Virus record (IMG/VR): IMGVR_UViG_3300044643_001926
Coordinates: 5,907-69,906 of that record
Length of the DNA: 64,000 bases
Reading direction: 5' to 3' (one strand)
Origin: a virus
This document shows positions 22,801 to 30,033 of the stretch, one piece after another. The translations under genes and the position numbers were made by a program. Each line of letters opens with the position of its first letter. The stretch's first letter is position 1. The notes under the pieces were generated by a model that was not told where the DNA came from, did not search any database, and was given only the letters and a program-made list of their open reading frames with translations.

Positions 22801-25105
22801 GGACGCGGCTCGCAAGTATATCCGCAACAGCCTGACCAAAGCGAAAGCCCAAGACTTGATCGCTGACGCAGCCGACGAAGGCCGCACACTTTCCCGTATC
22901 GACGCCGAAGCACTCGCCAACGATTCAGTGCTCGATGACGAAGTCGAGAACCTCCTCGAAGGCTATCTCGCAATCGGAGCAGAGGCCCCGACGATCGAAG
23001 TGCTCTCCGGCCGCATCCCCGGGCAGAAGAATCTCAGCATGTTCAACCAGCGCGGCAACATCGCGCCGGAGATCCAAGCCCTCTGGGGACGCTACGAAGA
23101 TCCGACCGTCAACTATGCCAAGACCGTGATGAAGCTCTCCAGCGTCATCGCCAACGACAATTTCCTTAAAGAACTGCGCGACCTCGGTATTCAAGAAGGT
23201 TGGCTTTGGAGCCGTGAGAACAACCCCGACGATACCCGTCACCCGCCCGGATACGTCCGTATTTCGACCGAGAAGAATCCTTCACTGAGACCTCTCGGTG
23301 GGATGTATGTGCATCCGGATCTGGCCGAGGGTCTCTTCAAGATGTTCCCCGTCGGATCGACCGAGGAGCACTACGCCTGGCTGCGTGCTTTGATGAAGCT
23401 GACCGGCATCTCGATGGCGACCAAGACGGTCGGATCGGTGGCGTCCCAGGTCCGGAACTTCTTCGGTAACTATATGCCACTAATCGCAGGCGGGAACTTG
23501 GGCTTAGATGATATTACCAGCGGCGACTTTAAGCGCCGGTTCGCCAACTCGAACGACACCGTGTTGGCCAGCACCTTTGGGAAATATCGCAACATGAGCC
23601 GCGCCGAGTGGCGGGTGAAAATCGACGACTACATCCGCCGCGGTATTGTCGGCGAGTCGATCACGACTGGGCTCCTCGAAGACCTCCTCACGGCCAGCCG
23701 CCGCGCCGGGAGCCCTGACTTCGGGGACTTCGTTTGGAATAAGGTCGGAGATCCCTTCAAGCGGGTGGCTGACTTCGCCGTCCGCACCTACTCGGCGGGT
23801 GACGATTGGTTCAAAGTGATGATCTACGAGGCCGAGCAGGACAAATACCGGAAAGCCTTTCCTGACTGGGACGACAACAAGATCAAAGAAAAGGCCGCAG
23901 TCATCGCCCGGGACATCCACTGGACCTACTCACTGGCCCCGGCCATTGTGCAGGACCTCAAGAAGTTCCCCTTCATCGCCCCGTTCGTGACCTTCACGAG
24001 CGAGGTCATCCGCACCACTTACAATCTGCTAAAGCTGGCCCGCCAGGAGATCACGGAAGGCCGAGCCACGGGCAACAAAGAACTCGAAGCGATCGGCTGG
24101 AAGCGGGTCCGCGGTATGACTATTGCCGCCTTCCTCCCGTTTACCGTTGGATCAGCCGCTATGGCGATGGCAGGTATTTCCGGAGAAGACGAAGAAGACC
24201 TTCGCCGCTTCTTGCCCGACTGGCAGAAGAACAGTCAGCTTGTCCTCTTCCGCAAAGCAAACGGCGAGGTCGACTTTCTCGATGTCAGCTTCTTGGACCC
24301 CTACGAGTATTTCAAAAAGCCTTTGACTGCGTTCATGCGTTCAATGCGCAGTCCCGGTAATGCCGACGAGATCCTCCTCAAAGGCACGATGGACATGGTG
24401 CGCCAAGCCATTGATCCTTTTACCAGCGAGCAGATCTTCGCCGGAGCAATCATGGACGTGATGCGCAACCGCGATGCGGCCGGACGCCAGGTCTACAACC
24501 CACAGGACACCGGAGCGAACATCGGTTTGAGCGTCGCCCGCAAGATCTTCTACGATCCCTTCATCCCCGGCACCGTGAACAGCGCCGAGCGTATCGGTAA
24601 AGCCGCCTTCGGTATCGAGAGCGAGACCGGACGTTCTTACAATCTCATCAACGAGCTTTCCAGTGTCGCACTCGGCCAGCGTGTCTCCTCGGTCGACGCT
24701 CAACAGGCACTCCAGTTCAAATCTTCACGCTTCATGCGCGAGATGCGCGATGCCTCGGCCCTCTTTAATCGCGAGTTCACCGCCCAAGGCACCCGCTCGG
24801 CCGGCGACGTGATCGACGGATACGCTCGGTCGAACGCCGCCCGCCGCAGCCTGATCGACTCAATCCGCAGGGACTACCTCGCCGCGATCCGTCTCGGGGT
24901 GTCCGTGCAGCGGGCCAAGGCGATCCTCCGTGACGGGGGTCTCGGCGGCGACACCATCAAGATGGTGACCACCGGAATCTACAAACCCTACGACGCGAGC
25001 AAGCAGAGCCTCGACTTGGTCCGGGCCCGCGGCAAGAACGACCGCATCTCCGCTTACAACCAAGCCCGCCGCTCGGCCGCGCCCCGCGAAATCCTCGCCG
25101 ACTAA
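13889..25105 (+). CDS. large polyvalent virion/ejection protein (two metallopeptidase-like domains, an ADP-ribosyltransferase-like domain and a kinase-like domain)
   Basis: 3738 aa; HEIAH (~18677); WHGT..GFWFS..HDGVI (~19540-19900); HDLFGH..GEENAW (~20543); GSEHQV..VIKY..ISQSFVKG..DAVPGN..FD (~21730-22140). Confidence 0.8.
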   Translation: MLAADEIKRLLAVANEPLEDEEDNQAVAAPEPRLDFATRPESFASLDNRPAEQEAEDEEGAIAIEDALASVGAFQTPEYRTPRTLTEEFSTGLARGTDQTQGLGYGLVGLMGQTLGVEGMENYGLENYVRKMEEAAQNQATVQDPFEEIGGLGDAATYAAGLLGEQIPQLLVSAVGGGVGGFAAKTVAKKIVANEIGKRVAAGLAKEVAEKEVAGMVAKRMLLGEGAELINKAATRGAIGGAYAANFGQIAGGSFGQIAQETGEGDALAAAAFAVPGAALDTLGEVFIAGKFLKPFTKTGRAAAEGVDAATGISFPGRVARSVGVGLPAAATLEGGTEYVQTGLEQAALGAADPNRTIEEVVGTPEAERERQIAAVAGATVGGGLGGAGSVIEALAPQTAEKLRRTTQPKPVNLPGDPESGQPLSVIEGNWSEPKTLGGFEFRRNEAGQVAIFNPDPERFGKLPRFSTPQGEVFSPIDGVEYLNLPTKSDKVLAQRARGLFDDDEVGSTPVKRTPVQKPKPRTPSREAVLDDGPDMTPAGQAVGSNVRFNGYEGSLAQDGARFLLRGNDGTEVEVPAESEVEIVAAPAPTRLTTTSIPAVQTPPVEQPAPMPDLATMGAEEISKAALARPEVSVVDQAAETAETLDRNAVTLLQDARTTLESSIGEIERRELAPEAKSTLTEPLYQKLVQVEDTLSKAPAEATALDAEIQKSKQTIADTKVEQVKVAQQTVNRPPDQSRQFVESLQPKDKVTVYLSDEKADDSLSFGATFEARRPNGNVVVVTEPDAEGNQEKLVFTPQQYNRLGMFKQPAPKQSPVDVAVNSVLGPKPTKAKAERVFGTPYQEGKPQEAFFDDGLYANPGKTNKVPGEVRYFDKEGEPGVKEVVNFGKWQGNSRGTLFTTVRQMNLGLDVPVPDDQLQNLPEGVQVEPRTMKNGQTANVVTKVVYNGNTYRRGDAAYDFSVNGENTGPGGFDNIYFNSPERLLRSERARKGKQTQKEKAGKTVGSVQAKLESLDEADQFFVGDARARAARFIDRRSDLDPEAKAMASDEADASIIEQVAGRDKKGVPPVRDLALFKRFNSRMLDIFESNQENETGADTGRDVQEAARQITEELVASGQTAAQASAAVEPIVKRWQSYGDFSPIKTAMTKAQSAKKSAVRTGRNQRAAEADLAAGTTGDARPQQTPAERFAERTSDEAMAGRERLGRVVGEDRDLLDAYWAEEELSETDRQRVEDLLEYIQGNKTYEQINQTTEQGSAILSREPRDGDNLRRDAVAEGRAGGLAESRGRGRNQAGAGRGRNRVGRTDGGQAGTVPGAAPVAGGRSGLGGTPDQRNASTARRAFVGSFIGDRSLVAGLSEAVVEKIYQAVSTTLDALAATKGRRVVAATEANMADLMGRSVEELVAGYQEEFSSYMANRERIDAIRRNAQEAVRSRIFEGPKAALEFMAQDGDRPAFMRMIAKVVLSQGQRFGLNIDDIAMQVGIFRRNFATQPLRGEEVRARVQEVQGEEGEGVFEVTTPDGVETYAFGGESGRTRKQAGKEARARAFDLVTGQTRTSWAGVLGVDENATSPVGRYSVVLNLDNWHEADDIGLTMLHEIAHVFSKTKFAGLEKLNTVEKAAIKGIEAFRVRMLKAVARTNGLEVPAGNNPTTLAQLSRQVDDLSNPNVVGADADRRFAYLVNAEETARGLMESPEFLKLALQLGLGKAKTKGKKTSLSGPVAEAWGDIVDLNSGKKTAETSPLATAFQDAWAATFGALEGTTEGYAKPPIGANPLAQDLAALDQATNFIEDQIITRGLTGTTAEREALLQEFMAARNMVQGAEAVVEEADADVDTLADPLTMSRAVTPQMDREYLAAVERGDMETAQRMVDEAAKAAGYNIGPVWHGTDAYFSTFDKDKLGSVSESSDAALGFWFSESEERAWMARSDAMRASGNTVAPPPLRVSLKLDAPFTVDESIKNYTSEDTAKIIEDAADKGHDGVIFLQGEAIGKDVIAFEPNKIKRTDAITRDNRRNVIPLSQRFNEQSPDIRESRAISNESREALSNQGATNDRRNQPALQATTPGVGSASGGVQVQRQAVRPNAEPNPFVQEGVSAYNARYGLGEVVRGHYAPVDEQRARSIAAAYDALPVLDEGRETQDAYRQLGFEIQQQWDYAINTMGVTFEPWTTEGQPYANSREMVRDVRDNKHLWFFTGGEPHPLLNQPDADGLTMNDKLRAIHDLFGHAAEDYQFGARGEENAWIKHSQMFTPLAQRALTTETRGQNSWVNYGAHNYATDGTRIKVPASERPFATQKVALLPEDVMDWRGALAADTVTESRAVAVSPADVASVIRNAGGITVDIWTGDQPGTGYIVAPFKETETRILLNDFAPSDVRSFIQRFKGLLEVNGMHLGGWISGQQVYLDTSIVTNDELTATLIAQDGNQLAIFDRANFIEIPTRDLVERYGRGIGESRSRVEYQDLARSLREAKDRVLGGVRGSGRANVSGQGTLQEGAGLTNESLTESRATSASPNLIYQDSEGELRGRPRETTNQGYLRSTLLRLEESANQGRDLGAGESFRFRADTSGETDQGLEQRRRAQAAAAFEELAAILEEQGLILDPESFENTVIEGRDKIGDGSEHQVHSDKPTNRVIKYTNPDVTGSGVVGQSLNVFDYLRNLAAQNEIFGDDIRLEGIVNLGEPFPRVVISQSFVKGRDSTPKEIDAYLKGRGFEKQEDGSWIRVRDGQIQRVWDAVPGNLKTVKVGKKSTVVPFDVQISVESVAAESRVEESRARGRVWRPVTRRTPTGGTISRGGMFAVDELLDKRAGDLYRSSRMAIKVDVSKIQDLSRVLERQIKNFYKGETPPLETINTALGNLDNPLTEQQIGEIEDLRARGLTNQAAKKRDQYIRDNRRNFKQNKQTQALAQLPEELAETIREMSSHIESLSRELPREGLVNGDLAITVDEALGTYLNRSYAIFDDPLWGDRVRKDAKVMDAARKYIRNSLTKAKAQDLIADAADEGRTLSRIDAEALANDSVLDDEVENLLEGYLAIGAEAPTIEVLSGRIPGQKNLSMFNQRGNIAPEIQALWGRYEDPTVNYAKTVMKLSSVIANDNFLKELRDLGIQEGWLWSRENNPDDTRHPPGYVRISTEKNPSLRPLGGMYVHPDLAEGLFKMFPVGSTEEHYAWLRALMKLTGISMATKTVGSVASQVRNFFGNYMPLIAGGNLGLDDITSGDFKRRFANSNDTVLASTFGKYRNMSRAEWRVKIDDYIRRGIVGESITTGLLEDLLTASRRAGSPDFGDFVWNKVGDPFKRVADFAVRTYSAGDDWFKVMIYEAEQDKYRKAFPDWDDNKIKEKAAVIARDIHWTYSLAPAIVQDLKKFPFIAPFVTFTSEVIRTTYNLLKLARQEITEGRATGNKELEAIGWKRVRGMTIAAFLPFTVGSAAMAMAGISGEDEEDLRRFLPDWQKNSQLVLFRKANGEVDFLDVSFLDPYEYFKKPLTAFMRSMRSPGNADEILLKGTMDMVRQAIDPFTSEQIFAGAIMDVMRNRDAAGRQVYNPQDTGANIGLSVARKIFYDPFIPGTVNSAERIGKAAFGIESETGRSYNLINELSSVALGQRVSSVDAQQALQFKSSRFMREMRDASALFNREFTAQGTRSAGDVIDGYARSNAARRSLIDSIRRDYLAAIRLGVSVQRAKAILRDGGLGGDTIKMVTTGIYKPYDASKQSLDLVRARGKNDRISAYNQARRSAAPREILAD
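17625..17948 (+). CDS. candidate nested ORF (+1 frame) inside the polyvalent gene
   Basis: Globular-looking 107-aa sequence where the main frame is low-complexity Gly/Arg-rich. Confidence 0.45.
   Translation: MSKSTKQPNKVQQYFLENPEMATIFAGMRLQKDVPEDLRKAVGEDAIKRALDGDVTVWAELMVAKPELFRERPLSLVEDLAWEELLTNGTPAPRGEPSSAPSSATAV
20037..20204 (+). CDS. candidate nested ORF (+1 frame)
   Basis: AAGGAG at 20025-20030, 6 nt before ATG 20037. Confidence 0.35.
   Translation: MTEETNLPYKRPPQGWDPQVEASKFKGKQFGPTPSQTPSSKKESVPTTPVTGSAK
21216..21371 (+). CDS. candidate nested ORF (+1 frame)
   Basis: MVEASAKAAAELNTK..ESWEEFEDRAVQMFRDKGLF, amphipathic helical; stop 3 nt before the next nested ATG. Confidence 0.35.
   Translation: MVEASAKAAAELNTKISLGLLGKRKTESWEEFEDRAVQMFRDKGLFKKEQV
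21375..21599 (+). CDS. candidate nested ORF (+1 frame)
   Basis: AAGGAG at 21357-21362; TAACCAATG stop-start junction; protein-like composition. Confidence 0.4.
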   Translation: MKASRKVAPPRPAPTSSIKIPKESFEDDRERQLIKDTYEARFYALKNPPTRAEILAQARASGFVPTLAGKPIKG

Positions 25106-25107
25106 TT

Positions 25108-25704
25108 ATGATAGTAACCGACACCCATGTGAGTCCGCCCGGCGGCTGGCGCTACGTCCAACCAGAGACGGGCTTCGATTTTGCCGCTTCGACCTTGCGC
25201 GAACTGGTCAAGAAGGTGGCGACCCACCGCAAATCCAATGGTCTTGCGGCGGGTGACCCTTCGGCCGACATCCAAGACTTTGTCTGTGCCCAGCTTCCGG
25301 TCGGCAGTGAGAGTTGTAGTCACGTCATCGAGGGTGACTACGCGCTCAAGACCCACTTCACGATGGAGGACGTTAAGCGTTTCATCCAAGCCGCGGTCTC
25401 CGCGCTCGGCGGCAGGGGCCTTGTCGATCAGACCGAAGCCGAACGCCGGGCCGCGCTCTGTGCCTCATGTCCCCTGAACACAACGGTCAAAGGATGCTGG
25501 CGGTGCAAGGGTTTGGCCGAATGGCTCTTCAACCTGATCGGTGCACGGACCACGGCACATGCTTCACGGCTCAACCAATGCGGCGTCTGCGGTTGCGCGA
25601 TCAAAGCGAAGATCTGGCTCCCGCTCGATGTGGCGAAGCGAGTCAGCGAAGGTTATACTTTTCCCTCCTGGTGCTGGCTCAATGACCAAAACGGTTCGGA
25701 ATAA
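25108..25704 (+). CDS. Cys-rich (Zn-binding) phage protein
   Basis: CASCP, CWRC, CGVCGC..KAK, CW motifs. Confidence 0.7.
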   Translation: MIVTDTHVSPPGGWRYVQPETGFDFAASTLRELVKKVATHRKSNGLAAGDPSADIQDFVCAQLPVGSESCSHVIEGDYALKTHFTMEDVKRFIQAAVSALGGRGLVDQTEAERRAALCASCPLNTTVKGCWRCKGLAEWLFNLIGARTTAHASRLNQCGVCGCAIKAKIWLPLDVAKRVSEGYTFPSWCWLNDQNGSE

Positions 25705-25987
25705 TTATCGTAGACTCTTCCGCTGGCTCCTCCGGAAGCTCTTCCCCCTTCATCTTCGCGATCTCCCGCTGGAGAGCGCGATTGACTTGGTTGGACAGGG
25801 TGACCGAGGAATTGATCGCATTAAGAAGAAGCGACTGCTGGAAAAAGATTTGCTGTAGAAGGGCATCGCCCTCGGACATGCCTTCGTTTTTGGTCTCTTC
25901 GATTTTCTTACCGAGGTAAGTCGCCACGGCTTTCAGGCTATGGCTATGGATGGGGGCGTCAGTTGGTTGTGTGTTTTCTTCGGTCAT
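25679..25987 (-). CDS. hypothetical protein
   Basis: ORF coupled to the upstream methyltransferase; start MTEENTQ. Confidence 0.55.
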   Translation of the reverse strand: MTEENTQPTDAPIHSHSLKAVATYLGKKIEETKNEGMSEGDALLQQIFFQQSLLLNAINSSVTLSNQVNRALQREIAKMKGEELPEEPAEESTIIIPNRFGH

Positions 25988-26511
25988 AAACTTTTCTCCA
26001 AGACAACGCCCCACGAGTAGTCGGCGAAGTCTTCTTCAGCCACGATGCGGGCGCGGATGTTGCCGGCCTTGAGCACTTTCTTTTTGAAAGTCTTGAGCGA
26101 GTAGTCCGCCTCTTTGTGTGCCTCGTTGATCGGCTGACCCGTGGCCGCGCAGTGGGCCAAGAACCGTTGCTGGTCGGGGGCGAGGATGAGCAAGCGTCCC
26201 CCGGGCTTGAGCACGCGCAGCCATTCGAGCACGAGCGGGATCTGGTCGCTGTAGGTGAAGTCCTCGATCAGGTGTGAGTTGTAGAGCCAGTCGAGTGTTC
26301 CGCTCTTGAGCGGAATCTCCCTCGCGTCCCCGCCGAGATGTTGGACCGAAGCCCCAACCGAGGTGTAAGGCTGCGGCATATCGAAGGTGATGCAGTTCGG
26401 GGTCAGGGGATCGCCGCCGAAACCGACATCAATCCCGTAACCCTGCGTGTAGGGCAGGAACCAATCGCGGTGCTTGCTCGTCTCGCTGACGTGGTGTGGT
26501 GTAGCGTTCAT
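25984..26511 (-). CDS. class I SAM-dependent methyltransferase (Methyltransf_11-like)
   Basis: 'GIDVGFG', 'GDAREIP..LDWLYNSHLIED', 'EWLRVLKPGGRL..PD'. Confidence 0.85.
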   Translation of the reverse strand: MNATPHHVSETSKHRDWFLPYTQGYGIDVGFGGDPLTPNCITFDMPQPYTSVGASVQHLGGDAREIPLKSGTLDWLYNSHLIEDFTYSDQIPLVLEWLRVLKPGGRLLILAPDQQRFLAHCAATGQPINEAHKEADYSLKTFKKKVLKAGNIRARIVAEEDFADYSWGVVLEKSL

Positions 26512-26768
26512 TCGTTTACCTCCAAAAAGATTGGGGTCTGTTCGCCGACCCAAGCGCCTTCGACATTGAACTGGAAGTATTCCTCGGCGACCTCGTGATC
26601 CATCTCGTCGCGCATCAAGATCTGGATGCACTTGCCCCGGTCGTAGACCGCCATTGGCTTTCCGAACTGCCGGCCGATTCCGACGAAGGCATCCTCGAAC
26701 CCATCGGCGAGGAGCACGGTTTCGTCGTCGCCGATCAAGTCTTCGATCTTTTTCTTCAGGTCAATCAT
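26508..26768 (-). CDS. conserved phage hypothetical protein
   Basis: 'LLADGFEDAFVG..AVYD..A.EYFQFNVEGAWVGEQTPIF' common phage family. Confidence 0.75.
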   Translation of the reverse strand: MIDLKKKIEDLIGDDETVLLADGFEDAFVGIGRQFGKPMAVYDRGKCIQILMRDEMDHEVAEEYFQFNVEGAWVGEQTPIFLEVNE

Positions 26769-27004
26769 TGCACCCAATCCTTTGGTATCTCCACATCCCA
26801 CTCCCGCCCGTCCATCGGATTTCCGTAGACGCGGATGTCCTCGGAGAAGAAGTGCTTAACTATACCAGTATGGTGGAGGCGCACTACCCAGACGGAGTTT
26901 ACCCCAGTGCCGGTCGAAACAATTCCATAGTCTACAAACAGAAAAGCGTCACCCTGGCCGAGCGGAGTGTGGACTGAAATCGGTGCTTTGAACTCGTGGA
27001 CCAT
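26765..27004 (-). CDS. conserved phage hypothetical protein
   Basis: 'VHTPLGQG.A....DYG....N.VW' family; coupled ORF. Confidence 0.7.
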   Translation of the reverse strand: MVHEFKAPISVHTPLGQGDAFLFVDYGIVSTGTGVNSVWVVRLHHTGIVKHFFSEDIRVYGNPMDGREWDVEIPKDWVQ

Positions 27005-27253
27005 TTAATCCCAATACCTCTGACTTCCGGTCAGCTTTCCACCCATCATGCGTTCGAGCACAGCCTCGGCATCCCACGCATAGACCCCACCCGCGTAGCA
27101 CGTCTGCACCCCGAAGAGATCGCTGAACCTCTCACGGTCCAAGCCTGCCCCGTTGATCGCTTCATCCAACTCGGTCCACGGAACATGGTCCATCGGTTCA
27201 CGCTTCACGTTGCAGCCGATCTGATGGAGTCGGGGGTATTCGGTTGCGGTCAT
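27005..27253 (-). CDS. hypothetical protein
   Basis: 82-aa coupled ORF. Confidence 0.55.
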   Translation of the reverse strand: MTATEYPRLHQIGCNVKREPMDHVPWTELDEAINGAGLDRERFSDLFGVQTCYAGGVYAWDAEAVLERMMGGKLTGSQRYWD

Positions 27254-27582
27254 GCTGCTGCTTTCGTTTCGCGGTATTCCCAGAGCCCGACATGCTCGGG
27301 GTGCATAAGGTCGAACAGTCTCGCTAAATAAGGGCTATGGTTATTATTGATTTTCCAGCCACCGTTATCGCTCTCTGTGAGAGCACTATGATGGCGTAGG
27401 AAATGAACAATCGTTCTGGCGCTGTAATGCTCGAAGCCTTCTTGGATGACCTTGAATGCCTCGGATTCAAAGGCTTCGTATACATGCAGATTGTCCGGTA
27501 AATACCGTAGGAAATCTTTCGTGAACATGTGCTCTTGTTGCAGCATGACACTGACTGGATCTTGTGAGGTTACTGTTACCAT
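27250..27582 (-). CDS. conserved phage hypothetical protein
   Basis: 'N..VY..F..A....YSA..I...LR..KINNN..YLAR' family; start uncertain. Confidence 0.65.
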   Translation of the reverse strand: MVTVTSQDPVSVMLQQEHMFTKDFLRYLPDNLHVYEAFESEAFKVIQEGFEHYSARTIVHFLRHHSALTESDNGGWKINNNHSPYLARLFDLMHPEHVGLWEYRETKAAA

Positions 27583-27842
27583 AAGTCTTTACAGGCCCAG
27601 TATCCCGCGGTGGATTTGTCCTTCTTGGCCGCGCAGTTGTGGCGGCTGCGGAAGTTGGCGCGGCGTTTCGGGTTCTTGTGCTTGGTGAAGTCCGACATCG
27701 AGGAGTCCCCGAAGTGGACGACCTTCGCCGTCCCCGCCTTCTTGCCCGGCACGAAGACCGACTTCTTCTTCGCGGCCGGAGTGATGCCGGCCATCTTGCG
27801 CGGCTTATACAGCGTGACCTTCTTGCCTTTGTAAGTAGCCAT
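27576..27842 (-). CDS. small basic protein, DUF5754-like
   Basis: 'VHFGD..MSDFTKHK.P.RR..FR.RH..AGYWA...LW'. Confidence 0.65.
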   Translation of the reverse strand: MATYKGKKVTLYKPRKMAGITPAAKKKSVFVPGKKAGTAKVVHFGDSSMSDFTKHKNPKRRANFRSRHNCAAKKDKSTAGYWACKDLW

Positions 27843-27844
27843 GA

Positions 27845-27982
27845 TTACTTCCGCTTCTTGGCCGAGAACCCGCCGCGCTTATTCTTCATCTTCGCGTAGG
27901 TCTTGGGGTCGACGGTGGACTTGGACTTCGGACGGGACGTGCCCGCCTTTCGACGTTTGTTGATGTTCTCGTAGAGGCTCAT
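27845..27982 (-). CDS. small basic protein
   Basis: MSLYENINKRRKAGTSRPK.. Lys/Arg-rich. Confidence 0.6.
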   Translation of the reverse strand: MSLYENINKRRKAGTSRPKSKSTVDPKTYAKMKNKRGGFSAKKRK

Positions 27983-28061
27983 AGGAAATACCGGAAGAAG
28001 ATGACCGTGGCGAAAGCGGCCCATGCGACGAGCAGGGTCAGCGTGATGTCGCGGGGACTCA

Positions 28062-28286
28062 TCATGCCAATAGCTCCTTGGTCTCTTGATCGTGGCGGTC
28101 GATGACCGACTGCACCATCGACTTGGCATCGCCGTAGTTAAAGAGGTCGATCAGCCCGACAGCGACCCGGAGGTTGTCGACGATCGAGAGTTCGCGGTCG
28201 TAGCTTTGCACGAAGCGGTTCTTCCAAGCCTGTGCGCCTTCGCTCTCCTCTTTAGTCAGCTTTCTTCTTGTTCGCTTTTTTAACAT
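28062..28286 (-). CDS. hypothetical protein
   Basis: 74-aa ORF in the operon. Confidence 0.5.
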   Translation of the reverse strand: MLKKRTRRKLTKEESEGAQAWKNRFVQSYDRELSIVDNLRVAVGLIDLFNYGDAKSMVQSVIDRHDQETKELLA

Positions 28287-28560
28287 AGATCTTCTTGGTC
28301 TCGACGGCTGGCCCGAGGAATGCGGCTAACGCTTCGGCGATCGCGTCGGCAACCGTTTCATCGGCTTTCGCCTGGGCTTGTTCAGGGGAGCCGCCCTGGA
28401 TTTCGCAATCACGCTCGGCCATGTCCTCGGCCCCGGCCTCGTAGGCGGCATTCCATGTCAGGTCGAAGAACCGGCGCAGCGCCTCCGGCGTCATGTCCGG
28501 GTTGGTGGCGAGCAGGGGATTATTGTGCAGGAAAATGGCCCAGAGTTTTTCTTTGTTCAT
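28252..28560 (-). CDS. hypothetical protein
   Basis: 102-aa coupled ORF. Confidence 0.55.
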   Translation of the reverse strand: MNKEKLWAIFLHNNPLLATNPDMTPEALRRFFDLTWNAAYEAGAEDMAERDCEIQGGSPEQAQAKADETVADAIAEALAAFLGPAVETKKIYVKKANKKKAD

Positions 28561-28853
28561 ACGATCACTCCGTCATTGTGCTTGGCGACCCAGGCACAGA
28601 CTTCCCCGGCCAGTTGACCGATCTCCTCGACCGCGTCCTCGTCGATGTCGAAGAGCCGGGCGTGGATCAATTCGTGGCACACCAGTTCGATGCCCCGGGT
28701 TTTGATCTCCTCGGGACAGAGGTAGATAATCCGGTCGTCTTTGACGCAGAGCCCGGCGTCCCCCTTGGTGGGGGGTTTCTGGAGCCGAACCGACCAGTTC
28801 TTGCCGTCGATCTTGACGCGCTTGGTGCGCCACCGTCGGGATTTCATCCCCAC
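28557..28853 (-). CDS. small HExxH zincin-like protein
   Basis: 'GLC....IIYL..LVCHELIHA..EDAVE'. Confidence 0.7.
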   Translation of the reverse strand: MGMKSRRWRTKRVKIDGKNWSVRLQKPPTKGDAGLCVKDDRIIYLCPEEIKTRGIELVCHELIHARLFDIDEDAVEEIGQLAGEVCAWVAKHNDGVIV

Positions 28854-28889
28854 AATGTATGGCGTTATTAAACCAAGGCAAATGACCGA

Positions 28890-29132
28890 TCATCGGAGGG
28901 TCTTACCAAAGGAGGGGTTGCGGGTGATGATAGACCTCATGTGCTTGCGGAGGACCGCATTAAGCTCATCGAAGATCTCCGAGTCGACCCGGCTGAATTT
29001 GTGGTGCCGGGTCTGGTCGGCATAGTCCATGAGATACTGTTTGCAGGCTGCTTTGTTGATGAACTGGGAGACCCGGGTCCGGATCTGGTCGCGGACAAAG
29101 GTGTCGGTAGTAGGTTTTTCAGGAAGGGTCAT
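28890..29132 (-). CDS. hypothetical protein
   Basis: 80-aa ORF. Confidence 0.55.
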   Translation of the reverse strand: MTLPEKPTTDTFVRDQIRTRVSQFINKAACKQYLMDYADQTRHHKFSRVDSEIFDELNAVLRKHMRSIITRNPSFGKTLR

Positions 29133-29134
29133 GG

Positions 29135-29572
29135 TTAGAAGCTATACGGGTTTTCGTTGATGGTCGGCAAGGTCGGAGGTGCCGGCAGTTTCTTGCCGGG
29201 GAGCGGCTGCACCCAGACAAGGCTATGGATCCTACTGTCGGCACTGACCCGATGGGCCAGAGGAATAAGGTGATCCGCTGGCGGATCAGCCAAGGGCAGG
29301 AAGGTCGCCGCGACGATGATCGGGGTAGCCGCGACCAACCTCCGGAAAAGGCGGCGGGTCTGACCCCAGAAGGTCGGGGCAGTGGGTTGCGGGTTGGCCA
29401 GCAAAGTCGCCCACAGATGCGGGTAGACTTCGGCTGGAAGGCAGGGGTTTTTAGGGTCGTGGTCTCTATAGTTCATGGTATTTGGTTTCTTTCTTTGGTT
29501 ATGGGTGACGAGGCGCGGACGGAAGTGATGTCCATCTCTGGCGACTTCAATGCGCGTCTCGGGTTTGTTCAT
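29135..29572 (-). CDS. hypothetical protein with hydrophobic segment
   Basis: ORF; start uncertain. Confidence 0.45.
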   Translation of the reverse strand: MNKPETRIEVARDGHHFRPRLVTHNQRKKPNTMNYRDHDPKNPCLPAEVYPHLWATLLANPQPTAPTFWGQTRRLFRRLVAATPIIVAATFLPLADPPADHLIPLAHRVSADSRIHSLVWVQPLPGKKLPAPPTLPTINENPYSF

Positions 29573-29596
29573 GGTTAATACGACAGTGTGTGGTTA

Positions 29597-29755
29597 TTAC
29601 TCGTTCAAACGAATGTTTGGTTGCTGCTCAACTTCCCGTTGAGCCAGCGGGCTGACGTAGTTCGGATCGGCAAAGATCTTCTCCACTTCGATCCTCACTT
29701 CGAGGATGCGTTCGAGTTCGCTGACGAGTTTGAGGTCTTGGGTTTCTTGGTTCAT
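29597..29755 (-). CDS. hypothetical protein
   Basis: MNQETQDLK.., AAGGA upstream. Confidence 0.5.
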   Translation of the reverse strand: MNQETQDLKLVSELERILEVRIEVEKIFADPNYVSPLAQREVEQQPNIRLNE

Positions 29756-29783
29756 TGGTTCCTTTGCTTGGCTGTCGGGGCCG

Positions 29784-30014
29784 TCACTTACCCCAGGTTT
29801 CGTTAGGGTTGATCGCCAGCCAGCGGGCGAACCAATCATCATCGGCCCACAAGAAACTATCGGGGCCTTGATCCTTGGCCAGCATCGCTTCCACGGTGCT
29901 GGTGTCGGTGTGCAGTGCCTCGGCGGCATCTTGTATTGCCTCCGCTTGGGTGTCGCCATATCCCATCGGATTGCCCTCTGAGTCTATGATTGCGAATGGT
30001 GTTTTCGTTTTCAT
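29784..30014 (-). CDS. hypothetical protein
   Basis: MKTKTPFAII.., AAGGA upstream. Confidence 0.55.
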   Translation of the reverse strand: MKTKTPFAIIDSEGNPMGYGDTQAEAIQDAAEALHTDTSTVEAMLAKDQGPDSFLWADDDWFARWLAINPNETWGK

Positions 30015-30033
30015 GGTTCTTTGGTTCCTTTCT

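Noticed and set aside
13889-25105. Virion RNA polymerase (N4- or crAss-like) suggested by protein size
   Set aside because: No DxDGD-type or T7-like catalytic motifs were recognised; the visible domains are of the polyvalent type. A highly diverged RNAP cannot be fully excluded without a structure search.
29396-29884. GGCCAGCA partial matches (also ~3340, 21074, 23567, 38807, 44613)
   Set aside because: Only the 8-bp core matches, inside coding sequence and without the TAAGA half, consistent with chance in GC-rich DNA.
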